Both the position numbers and the translations under genes were made by a program. The notes beneath the pieces are model-generated. The model was given only the letters and a program-made list of their open reading frames with translations. It was not told where the DNA came from and made no database searches. From NCBI GenBank assembly GCA_965203095.1, contig OZ241877.1:448001-512000 (forward strand): a stretch of DNA of 64,000 nucleotides, in the 5' to 3' direction. This document shows positions 48,652 through 57,263 of this stretch, piece by piece. The first letter of the stretch is position 1; each line of letters begins with the position of its first letter. Origin of the DNA: Bdellovibrionales bacterium (GTDB lineage Bacteria > Bdellovibrionota > Bdellovibrionia > Bdellovibrionales > UBA1609).

Positions 48652-49597
48652 TAAATCACATCATAACTCAGGACACCGAGCAATGAATCTTATCAATAAA
48701 TGCGGTAAAAAGCACAGCTCTTTTGTGAAAAGTGAGTTGCCAAAAAAAACCAGACATATACTATATGTTGAAGACGCTGTAAGTTTTCTGAAGAAGATTC
48801 CGGATTCATCAGTTCAGTTGATACTTATTGATCCTCCATATAATCTTGAATTGGATGTATGGGATAAATTTGATAATTATCTGGAATGGGCTAAACAATG
48901 GCTGGATGAAATTTACAGGATTTTAAATACTTCAGGAAACTGTGTTATTTTTGGAGGCTTTCAATATCAGGATTTGAAAAAAGGTGATCTTTTGGAAATT
49001 TTGCATTACACAAGACATAATACAAAATTGCGATTTATAAATTTAATTGTTTGGTATTATAAAAACGGAATGTCTGCTCATCGGTTTTTTGCCAATAGAT
49101 ATGAAGAAATAATTTGGCTTTCAAAAACAAAACAGTATTATTTTGATCTTGATTCTGTCAGAGTTCCTTATAATTTTGAATCAAAACAAATAGCTTTAAG
49201 AGACAAAAGATTAAATCCTGATAATATTGAAAAGGGGAAAAATCCTACTAATGTGTGGGAAATACCCAGGTTGAATGGAAATTCAAAAGAAAGAGTAGGG
49301 CATCCAACACAGAAACCCTTGGAAGTGGTTAGAAGATTTGTAAAATCGCTTTCCTATCCTAATTCTTTGGTTTTAGATTTTTTTTCTGGTTCTGGAACAA
49401 CTGGTAGAGTGTGTATTGAGGAAGGAAGAAATAGCATTCTTGTTGATAATGATCTAAATTCAATAGAATACTTGAATAAACATATAAGGAAAGTTGGCAG
49501 AATGGGATTACCCTGTGATTTTGAAATACTGGACAATATACCTGTAAAAGATTTTATTGATAAACTGAAGCAGGAATTTGATGATGGTCATAAATAA
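48644..49597 (+). CDS. Beta-class adenine DNA methyltransferase, M.RsrI-like
   Basis: DPPY precedes DFFSGSGTT. SHHNSGHRAMN, NGMSAHRFFANR, DKRLNP..KGKNPTNVW..RLNGNS.ERVGHPTQKP match M.RsrI as I recall it. Confidence 0.9.
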   Translation: MPNKSHHNSGHRAMNLINKCGKKHSSFVKSELPKKTRHILYVEDAVSFLKKIPDSSVQLILIDPPYNLELDVWDKFDNYLEWAKQWLDEIYRILNTSGNCVIFGGFQYQDLKKGDLLEILHYTRHNTKLRFINLIVWYYKNGMSAHRFFANRYEEIIWLSKTKQYYFDLDSVRVPYNFESKQIALRDKRLNPDNIEKGKNPTNVWEIPRLNGNSKERVGHPTQKPLEVVRRFVKSLSYPNSLVLDFFSGSGTTGRVCIEEGRNSILVDNDLNSIEYLNKHIRKVGRMGLPCDFEILDNIPVKDFIDKLKQEFDDGHK

Positions 49598-49610
49598 ACA
49601 AGGTAATAGA

Positions 49611-50152
49611 ATGAACGTTAAAAAAGAAAATTATTTAAAAGTTGGAAGTGATCCAAAGTATAGAAAATTAACTTGGGATGAAGAAAATACAAAATTTATA
49701 ACTGGTCCAAAAGAAGAAAAAGATCTCACCATTTCAGAATTAAGAAAAGAAATAGAGCCTTGGCTTACCGCTTTATTTCAAAGTGAGCGGTTAAACCTTT
49801 TGGTAGGGAGTGGACTCACCACTTCTCAGGAAATTCTTGCAACTGGAAAATCTACAAAATTCATGGAGTGTATGGATTTTGATGTGTTTTCTAATCAAAT
49901 AAAAAAAGCAGGAGTGAAGAAGGCCGAACAAGAGGGAAGGAAAGAGCTTAATATAGAAGATCAAATAAATATAGCAAATACTCTTTTAGAAGGATTAAAT
50001 ATTTATGTAGAAGATAATGGCACAGAAGCATTAAAAGGAGATATTGAGAAATTAAAAGAAAATATAAATAAAAATTTAGAGAACTTTATAAAAAAAACTC
50101 TCTATGTGGAAAAAACAATTATAAACAAAAAAAATAAGACAATACAATATCT
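49611..50152 (+). pseudogene. 5' fragment of a SIR2-like defence protein
   Basis: IEPWLTALFQSERLNLLVGSGLT start typical of HerA-associated SIR2 proteins; lacks TTNYD and KLHGS motifs. Confidence 0.65.
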
Positions 50153-50449
50153 AATACCTTTTTACTTCATAGGATCACAAATGACAGGGATCAGGAGATG
50201 GTATCTCGTTTATTACCGGATAGTTTAAAAGGCACGATGCAGGAATTACCAGCTCTACCTTCTCGTCATGCTTATTTATTGGGATGGGCTTCAGAAATTC
50301 CCATTTTAACAAAAATATCTTATTTGCCGGAAAAAGCCAGACCTCAATCAGATGATCCCGATTTCTGGAAGGTATGGACAAGAGAAAAAGAAAGAACAAT
50401 TAATTGGAAAGCTATAGCAGATAAATGGCAGGGCAAAGACAAAGACTAA
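50153..50449 (+). pseudogene. 3' fragment of a HerA-like ATPase
   Basis: The frame of ORF 50198 reads upstream as NTFLLHRITNDRDQEMV, then ELPALPSRHAYLLGWA..PQSDDPDFW; no Walker motifs remain. Confidence 0.7.
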
Positions 50450-50577
50450 TCAATCTACTGAAAACGGAATTTTACCTTTCTGATATTCTTATAAATATTT
50501 CATTCAGTTAAATTAACTTTTGAGTTGCCTATTAGTCAGTCTTATATTTTTTATAAGAAATTATTTTAAATGAAACT

Positions 50578-50651
50578 TATACTGATTACATTTGAGATTT
50601 CCGGTCAAAACAGAGTAGAGAAAGCAGGAATTTTCAAACAAAATCAGTATA
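50578..50651. mobile_element. MITE-like element with TATACTGATT..AATCAGTATA terminal inverted repeats, copy 1
   Basis: 74 bp; second copy at 55861-55932 shares the TTGAGATTTCCGGTCAAAACAG core. Confidence 0.7.
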
Positions 50652-50669
50652 ACAGAAAAAATAGGTTCT

Positions 50670-51563
50670 TTAAATTTTTAAAGGGATAAGATCTTTAAGA
50701 GAGGAAGGGGGTTTTTTGTTCCAAAGGCTGATGATATGCCCTCCTAAACCCGAACCTGTAGGTTTTACAGCTAAAGCTCCACATGTTTTTAAATGATTCA
50801 TCCGCCTCTCTAAGTCATAAGAGATCAGTTCCCAATCACGAAAGCACTTTTCCCCTAAGCTGAGAGCTGAGGATAAAAGCTGAAGGGATTTTTCACTTTT
50901 CTTTTCCTTCAAGGCCGAAAGTGAAAGCTGGACCGATTGTGCCATATTTCTGTCAATTTGTTTGGCCTTTTGAGGGTTTTTATTAAAAATATTTTGAACT
51001 TGAAGCACACTCACAGAAGTAGAAGCCCTTCCTCCAGAATGAGACAAAAACAAATAGGGTTTTGATTGGAAGGAGGGAAGAGGCTTGAGTTTTTTACCCT
51101 TTTGATAGAGAAGGGGCCTTTGCTCTAAAACCGCTGTCACATCCATACCACTGCTTTTTCCATGGAAAAAATCTTCTAAGAAGATAGCAAAAGGCTTGAG
51201 ATGAAGTTTGGTAATCCATTTTTTATGCAAAAATAAACTGGCAATACCTGCACTTAAAACTGCCGAAGCCCCTAAGCCCGCACCAAAGGGAATAAAGCCC
51301 TCAATAGTTAAACAGCCTTTTAGATCCTGTCTTTTTTTACCGGCTTTTTTTAAAGCTCTATCTAAAAGAGGGCTGAAAGAGAACTCCAGCCCCGCAGGAT
51401 ATTTCCCTCCTTTTTTTACTTTCAAAACCGCATTGGACTCTGTCCAACAAAAGTCTATATAATATCGAGACAAAGGGTAGACTATAGCCGGAAAGCCCCT
51501 TAAAACACTGTGCTCTCCGGACAAAACCCACTTGCCAAAAAATCTTTTTTTAAACCGGCTCAT
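50670..51563 (-). CDS. GHMP kinase, probable mevalonate kinase
   Basis: GKWVLSGEHSV, PFGAGLGASA, HGKSSGMD, KPTGSGLGG. Confidence 0.88.
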   Translation of the reverse strand: MSRFKKRFFGKWVLSGEHSVLRGFPAIVYPLSRYYIDFCWTESNAVLKVKKGGKYPAGLEFSFSPLLDRALKKAGKKRQDLKGCLTIEGFIPFGAGLGASAVLSAGIASLFLHKKWITKLHLKPFAIFLEDFFHGKSSGMDVTAVLEQRPLLYQKGKKLKPLPSFQSKPYLFLSHSGGRASTSVSVLQVQNIFNKNPQKAKQIDRNMAQSVQLSLSALKEKKSEKSLQLLSSALSLGEKCFRDWELISYDLERRMNHLKTCGALAVKPTGSGLGGHIISLWNKKPPSSLKDLIPLKI

Positions 51564-51675
51564 CTCATACCGATCCTTTAGAAATGTAATGGTTTTAACT
51601 CAAAAACAGATTTCTTTATATCTTAACATATTTTTAAACATATTCTCAAAATATTTTTCCCAATAGTCCCTTGTG

Positions 51676-51782
51676 AAAAAATCTACATTTAATGGATCAC
51701 ACAAGCAAAAGTCCAGCTTGTTCGCGGGAAAAATACCTTGGACCCTCACCGCTGGCTTTTGCTTGTGCGATAAAGGGCAGAG
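51676..51782. repeat. ~108-bp long-stem hairpin repeat, copy B
   Basis: Near-identical to 24375-24482. Confidence 0.85.
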
Positions 51783-51860
51783 CTTTTTCATGGAGGGCTT
51801 GTAAGCAGATGTTTCAGGAAAAACAGAGATCCCTGGATTCTTGTTTTCACAGCCAGCGAA

Positions 51861-52925
51861 TCAGTGAGAGGACAAAACAGTAAAGTCAGATAAAAGAGTT
51901 TTTATTTTCTCCCTCTGATCCCTTTGATCCGGACGATACAGGAGGTGAATATTGGCTCCAGCATCCATTGTCACTAAAGGCCCATCATGTTTCCAAAAAG
52001 TTTGAATACAGCTCAAAACCTTTTTTACTACCGAGGTCTGATATTTAAAAGGAGGACGAGAGCTTTCAAACAAAAGATGAATATCCAAAAATTCCTCATT
52101 ACAGATTTTAAAGCAAGCTCTCCAATCCCTCTGTTCAAAAGCTCTCATCAAAAATTGCATTCGCTTTTTGGCCCTTATTGGTCGATCCTTAAAGTGAGGA
52201 CTTGTCCGGACCCTCTCATGAGCTTTTGTAGAGCTTATCTTTTTTGGACGAGGATCTATTACAACGAGTTGGTGGAGTAATTTCCCCCAAGGAGCCGTAA
52301 AAGCTCGCACTCCCGAATCCTCCCAAAGGCAAAAAGGGGCAAAAAAAGATCGGCAAGAAGAACCTGAACCTACACGACTGAGCTGAGCCAACTTTTCCCA
52401 AGTCATTTTATTGATTAAAGATTTTATGGGGGAACGATTTTTAGCCAATTTGTAGACGGCCTGGGTGAGGGCACAAAAACTACTGGCCGAACTGGCTGTC
52501 CCTATAGATATAGGGAAGTTGCTTTGCGAAAAAACTGTATAGTGCCCAGGGAGAGAAAAAACCTTTTTCAAAAACCGGAAAAAATCCAAAAACCTTTTTT
52601 GTGCTGAGGGGGGAAGGCTGTTTTCAAAAAAAAACTTTTGAGATGTGCTATAACTGAGCTGTTTAAAAGGATTGCTTTTAAAAGCCGACCATTGATCTTT
52701 CTCTGACTCTTCAATAAGGACTTTAGTTTTAAAGTGTTCTAAAGTGTAAGATAAAGAAGGGTTTACACTTATGTTTTTAAAATAAAGATCCCCCTTTTCC
52801 TCTTCTGACAAGTTTTGGAGAAAACAAGGGTCGAAATGGACAGGAGGGATAAGGCTTTGGCCTTGAGCTTTGCCCATATACTTGATGAGAGCAATATTAG
52901 AAGGGGCCCCAGCCGACCAACTCAA
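51861..52925 (-). CDS. mvaD: Diphosphomevalonate decarboxylase
   Basis: APSNIALIKYMGK, GTASSASSF, SRVGSGSSCRS, TMDAGANIH. Confidence 0.93.
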   Translation of the reverse strand: MSWSAGAPSNIALIKYMGKAQGQSLIPPVHFDPCFLQNLSEEEKGDLYFKNISVNPSLSYTLEHFKTKVLIEESEKDQWSAFKSNPFKQLSYSTSQKFFFENSLPPSAQKRFLDFFRFLKKVFSLPGHYTVFSQSNFPISIGTASSASSFCALTQAVYKLAKNRSPIKSLINKMTWEKLAQLSRVGSGSSCRSFFAPFCLWEDSGVRAFTAPWGKLLHQLVVIDPRPKKISSTKAHERVRTSPHFKDRPIRAKKRMQFLMRAFEQRDWRACFKICNEEFLDIHLLFESSRPPFKYQTSVVKKVLSCIQTFWKHDGPLVTMDAGANIHLLYRPDQRDQREKIKTLLSDFTVLSSH

Positions 52926-53830
52926 TGAGAGACCTCCTCAGGTTTTGTCAATTTATGAAAAGTGACACCATAAGTGAGTTGGCTACTATCAGCCACAAGT
53001 TTTAAAAAAGATGTTTCCCTTCGGACTTCTTCTTCATCTTGTTTTTTATAAAAAACAATCAGAGTCTCTGCCCCCATAGCCCCACAGGCCTTACAGGCTT
53101 GAATGGCTTTTATATTTGTGAGTTTGTTTAAAATTTCCTGACTTTTAGTTGTGATATAATTTTTGTTAAGTAAGCCTTTTCTATAGTTATTGACGGCTGA
53201 GATAAACGCCAGCTCATCCCTTTTTTTCATGGCTTGAACCCCCTCTTGAGAGATTTTTTTAAGGTCGGAGACATCACTCAGTTTAAAATTTTTTAAATAT
53301 TTGTGGGTTTCAAAATACTCTCCTGTTCTTAAAATCAAACAATGAAGCTCTGGAAGAGATGAGGTTAATGTCTCTACAGAGAGCAAAGGATCCTGTTCAA
53401 AAATACTCACCCCTCCCACCCACTGTGTGATGACATCCGCACCACTGGGTAAAAAACCGTCAAATTTTAACTGCCGATAGCTCCTCCATATATCCTGAGG
53501 TTTAATCTGATCAATACTCCCCTCTCTTAAAATAAAACTGTAAGCATATAAAATATTAAACTGTGCTGAGGAAAATCCTAAACCTCCCACAGGGCGATCC
53601 CCATTCAGCCAATTTAATTGGACTGTTTGGAAGTCTCGAGGGTTTTTCCTAATCCATTGGCCGGCAGGGCTATTTTCACTTAAATCGAGTGAGCGAGCTT
53701 GAGAGACTTTTTGGATCCGGCAAATAAAACGAGGGGCTGTGTTCAAAACAATGGCTGGCCCGCCGTCTAAAACAGCATATTCCCCTATGACAAAGGTTTT
53801 GGCAGGGCAACTGATTTCAATCACATTCAC
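52922..53830 (-). CDS. GHMP kinase, probable phosphomevalonate kinase
   Basis: PAKTFVIGEYAVL, GLGFSSA, PSGADV, KACGAMG. GTG start at 53830 assumed; the ORF extends to 53932. Confidence 0.8.
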   Translation of the reverse strand: MNVIEISCPAKTFVIGEYAVLDGGPAIVLNTAPRFICRIQKVSQARSLDLSENSPAGQWIRKNPRDFQTVQLNWLNGDRPVGGLGFSSAQFNILYAYSFILREGSIDQIKPQDIWRSYRQLKFDGFLPSGADVITQWVGGVSIFEQDPLLSVETLTSSLPELHCLILRTGEYFETHKYLKNFKLSDVSDLKKISQEGVQAMKKRDELAFISAVNNYRKGLLNKNYITTKSQEILNKLTNIKAIQACKACGAMGAETLIVFYKKQDEEEVRRETSFLKLVADSSQLTYGVTFHKLTKPEEVSH

Positions 53831-54144
53831 TGTTGACAAAATCCTTTCAGGTCGTTTCACTATCCCGACCCTCCTGAAAAAAGTCAGTTGGGCCGGCCGT
53901 TTTTTCATACTCCTCAAAACTTTTATTGTCAAGAACAGAATGTTATGTCCCTATTTTTCCCTTGTTTTTGTGCAACAGCCATGTTAAAATGGCCTTCATA
54001 ATGAAAAGAAAAAGCTCAAAATCCGGCAAAAATCTTTTAAAAGAAGAGCTATTTGTAATTCAAGCCACAGGTGACAATGCAAGACTCATCAACTCCACCC
54101 CATTTAAAGCTAAAGCCTTTTCTTAAAAACGACGGTAAAAGGGT

Positions 54145-54831
54145 TTGAAAAAAGCCAGTCAGCTAAGGAAAACTTTTATCGTTGGCGATGTGCATGGTTG
54201 TTTTAAAGAGTTTCTATTTTTGTTAAAAAAAGCCGGCTATCAACAGGAAATTCACCGTTTAATTTTAGTGGGAGATGCCATCAATCGAGGCCCGGATTCC
54301 CTTAAAGTGTTAAAATGGTTAAGGCAAAATGGGGCTGAGCTTATCCGTGGCAATCATGAGCAAGCTTTTATTAAATGTTTAACAGAGGGGGGGCCTTTGC
54401 CCTCTGCCCTTAAAAAACTCAAAGAGGACATGAAAGGGGAAGTGGATGATTGGTTGAAATGGTTGCTCCAACTCCCTTTTTATATTGAGGATAAAGATTT
54501 TTTAGTGGTGCATGCTGGCCTGCTTCCCGGGAAAAGTCCAAAAAAAACTGAGCCTCATATTTTAATGAACATTCGCACTTGGGATGGCCAGGGAAAAGAT
54601 ATAAAAAATAAACTCAACCCCGCATGGCATTCTTTTTACAAAGGATCTCAACTGGTCATTTATGGGCACTGGGCAGAACAGGGCCTTAAGCTGAAGGAGA
54701 ACTCTATAGGCTTAGACACAGGTTGTGTGTATGGCCATAAATTGTCTGGGATTTGGCTTCCAGAGAGAAAAATTTTTCAGGTTCCTGCCCTTAAAAAATA
54801 CTATTCCGTCACCCATGAAAAAGCTCTGTGA
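54145..54831 (+). CDS. Metallophosphoesterase (ApaH/PrpA-like)
   Basis: GDVHG, GDAINRG, RGNHE, VHAG, GHW, LDTGC. Confidence 0.93.
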   Translation: MKKASQLRKTFIVGDVHGCFKEFLFLLKKAGYQQEIHRLILVGDAINRGPDSLKVLKWLRQNGAELIRGNHEQAFIKCLTEGGPLPSALKKLKEDMKGEVDDWLKWLLQLPFYIEDKDFLVVHAGLLPGKSPKKTEPHILMNIRTWDGQGKDIKNKLNPAWHSFYKGSQLVIYGHWAEQGLKLKENSIGLDTGCVYGHKLSGIWLPERKIFQVPALKKYYSVTHEKAL

Positions 54832-54856
54832 TCTATTCGAATGTAAATTTTCCGGT

Positions 54857-55789
54857 TTAATGATTACGGGTACTTTTAAGCTCCTTTTTGCCTTCAAGAG
54901 TGAGTATCCAACTGTGGGTAAAGTAGGAGTTGGCCTCTTTTCTCACACCTTCAAGTAAGCCAGAAGTGACTCCTGTAGCTAAAAATAAAAGCTCCCCTTT
55001 AGCCAACTCATCCCTATCCCAAACTTTATCTAACTCCGAGACACCAGCTTGCAAAGTTTTTTGCCTTTCCTCTTCGTTTTTATATAAAAGTCGCCCTTGG
55101 AAACCACCTCCCAAACACTTTAAAGCTCCTGCTGATAAAACCCCTTCGGGAGCACCTCCGGCCCCCATAAGCAAATCAATGGAGGAGGATTTTAAGGCGG
55201 ACTCCAAAGCCAAAGCCACATCACCATCCCCTAAAAGTTGAATTTTTGCCCCAGCTCTTCTTATTTTTTCAATCAACTCTTTATGGCGAGGGCGGTTTAA
55301 AACCCCTACTGTGATCTCCTCAGGAGTTTTGCCCAAAGCCTTTGCTGTTAAGGCAATGTTTTGGCTGGGTTCCGCATTCAGATCTATACAATTTTTAGCC
55401 TCTGGCCCACAGGCGATTTTTTGCATATAAATATCGGGAGCTTTAAATAAATAGCCCCTTTCCGCCACGGCTATTACACAAAGTGCTCCCCTACGGCCCT
55501 CAGCACATAAAGTGGTCCCTTCTAAAGGATCCACTGCCACATCCACTTTTAAAGAGGCATGGGGATCGCCTAACTGTTCCCCAGTGTAAAGGCGAGGGGC
55601 CTGATCTCTCTCCCCCTCTCCTATAACGATTTGAATATCCATCGGCAAGCGGTTAAAAGCCTCTCTCATAGCAGAGACCGCAAGCTTATCCGCCCCTTGG
55701 GGGTCCCCCTTCCCTATTAGAGAATGACAAGCTATGGCCGATTTTTCCGTAATATTGACAAAATCTAAAATATAATCTTCCCATCGCAT
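54857..55789 (-). CDS. glpX: Class II fructose-1,6-bisphosphatase
   Basis: VIGEGERDQAP, AVDPLEGT, RPRH, GGAPEGV, ATGVT. Confidence 0.95.
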   Translation of the reverse strand: MRWEDYILDFVNITEKSAIACHSLIGKGDPQGADKLAVSAMREAFNRLPMDIQIVIGEGERDQAPRLYTGEQLGDPHASLKVDVAVDPLEGTTLCAEGRRGALCVIAVAERGYLFKAPDIYMQKIACGPEAKNCIDLNAEPSQNIALTAKALGKTPEEITVGVLNRPRHKELIEKIRRAGAKIQLLGDGDVALALESALKSSSIDLLMGAGGAPEGVLSAGALKCLGGGFQGRLLYKNEEERQKTLQAGVSELDKVWDRDELAKGELLFLATGVTSGLLEGVRKEANSYFTHSWILTLEGKKELKSTRNH

Positions 55790-55860
55790 GGCTCGCAGTA
55801 TAAAAGTTTTGGAGTGGCTTTTGCAATGTTTTTTAATTCAGAGGGGATTAAAGTTCAAGA

Positions 55861-55932
55861 TATACTGATCACAGTTGAGATTTCCGGTCAAAACAGGAGA
55901 AAAGATAGGAATTTTTAAATAAAATCAGTATA
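55861..55932. mobile_element. MITE-like element, copy 2
   Basis: TATACTGATC..AATCAGTATA, 72 bp, same orientation as copy 1. Confidence 0.7.
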
Positions 55933-55974
55933 AATTCTGGACTCGCTCAAAACAAAAAAGTAATATTCCTTATT

Positions 55975-56211
55975 ATGAGAAAATCTTGTGCTATGTGCCT
56001 TATGCCTTTTAAAAAAGATCCAGGGAAGAGAGAATCCGATACCTACTGTAGCCATTGCTTTAAAAATGGAGAACTCCTTTACAAGGGAAAAAATGTTAAA
56101 GAATTTAAAAAAATTTGCCAACAAGCCATGATAAACAAAGGCATGAACAAATACACTGCTCAATTTTACACTTTTTTTATCCCTTTAGCCCCTTATTGGC
56201 GAAAGAAATGA
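55975..56211 (+). CDS. Zinc-ribbon domain protein
   Basis: CAMCLMP..YCSHCFKNG; stop overlaps the prs start (ATGA). Confidence 0.8.
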   Translation: MRKSCAMCLMPFKKDPGKRESDTYCSHCFKNGELLYKGKNVKEFKKICQQAMINKGMNKYTAQFYTFFIPLAPYWRKK

Positions 56212-57143
56212 AGATTTTTTCCGGTCGCTCCAATCCCGCCTTTGCACAGGCCACAGCTCAGTGCCTCAAGGAAAAGGTAGGAGATCTGGCCATCTCTCAC
56301 TTTGCGGATGGGGAGATCTTTGTTCAAATTAAGGAAAATGTCCGTGGCCTCCATGTTTTCCTCATACAAAGTGCCTGCCCTCCAGTAAATGAGAATTATA
56401 TGGAGCTGTTTTTAATATTGGATGCCCTTAAAAGGGCCTCTGCCAAAGAGATCACTTTAGTCATGCCCTATTATGGCTATGCCCGGCAGGACCGGAAATC
56501 CGCCCCCCGTGTGCCCATCTCCGCAAAATGCATAGCGGATATGTGCTCCTGTGCAGGGGCCAACAGGCTCTTGGTTGTGGATTTGCACGCCCCACAGATT
56601 CAAGGTTTTTTTAACATTCCCGTAGATAATCTTTTTGCCTCGCCGGTTTTAGCTAAAGCATGGCAAAAAAACCATTCGGAGGGTGATGTAGTGGTGGTTA
56701 GCCCTGATGCTGGAGGGGCAGAAAGGGCCAGAGCTTTCGCTAAAAAAATCAAAGGGGCCAGTGTGGCCATGATTGATAAGAGAAGGCTGGAGGCCAACCA
56801 AGCGAAAGCCTTAAATGTTATTGGCGATGTGAGAGGTAAAACCGCTTTGATTTTAGATGATATGGTGGACAGTGCCGGCACCTTGTGCGAAGCCTCTGTC
56901 CGGCTTTTGTCTGAAGGGGCTAAAGAGGTGACGGCCTTGGCCACTCATCCATTATTTTCCGGCCCCGCCATAGAGAGGATTAAAAAAAGCCCACTCAAAG
57001 AGGTTTTTGTCACGAACACGATCCCCCTCAGTGCAAAAGCCCAAGCCATTAAAAAAATCCACACTGTGGATCTGGCCCCCCTTGTGGCAGAAGCCATCCA
57101 AAGAATATCCAACAAAAGCTCTGTGAGCTTTTTGTTTGATTAA
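56208..57143 (+). CDS. prs: Ribose-phosphate pyrophosphokinase
   Basis: FADGEI, PYYGYARQDRK, DLHAPQIQGFF, VSPDAGG, DDMVDSAGT; start at MKIFSG. Confidence 0.97.
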   Translation: MKIFSGRSNPAFAQATAQCLKEKVGDLAISHFADGEIFVQIKENVRGLHVFLIQSACPPVNENYMELFLILDALKRASAKEITLVMPYYGYARQDRKSAPRVPISAKCIADMCSCAGANRLLVVDLHAPQIQGFFNIPVDNLFASPVLAKAWQKNHSEGDVVVVSPDAGGAERARAFAKKIKGASVAMIDKRRLEANQAKALNVIGDVRGKTALILDDMVDSAGTLCEASVRLLSEGAKEVTALATHPLFSGPAIERIKKSPLKEVFVTNTIPLSAKAQAIKKIHTVDLAPLVAEAIQRISNKSSVSFLFD

Positions 57144-57263
57144 AATTAAACATTGCAAATAATTTAAGATTGACAAGCCACCGGTTTTAAGCTTAAAGTG
57201 GCTTTTTCTCTTTTGGTTTTTTTTAAAAAGTGACATAAATGGCAAATATATTGAGGAGATAAA

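Larger units (their letters stand above)
45400..50577. mobile_element. AT-rich defence islet downstream of tRNA-Gln (no intact integrase)
   Basis: Visibly AT-richer than its flanks, carries only defence-type genes, adjacent to a tRNA; boundaries approximate. Confidence 0.65.

Noticed and set aside
50450..50670. attR duplication of the tRNA-Gln 3' end
   Set aside because: No copy of the tRNA 3' sequence seen at the far side of the islet
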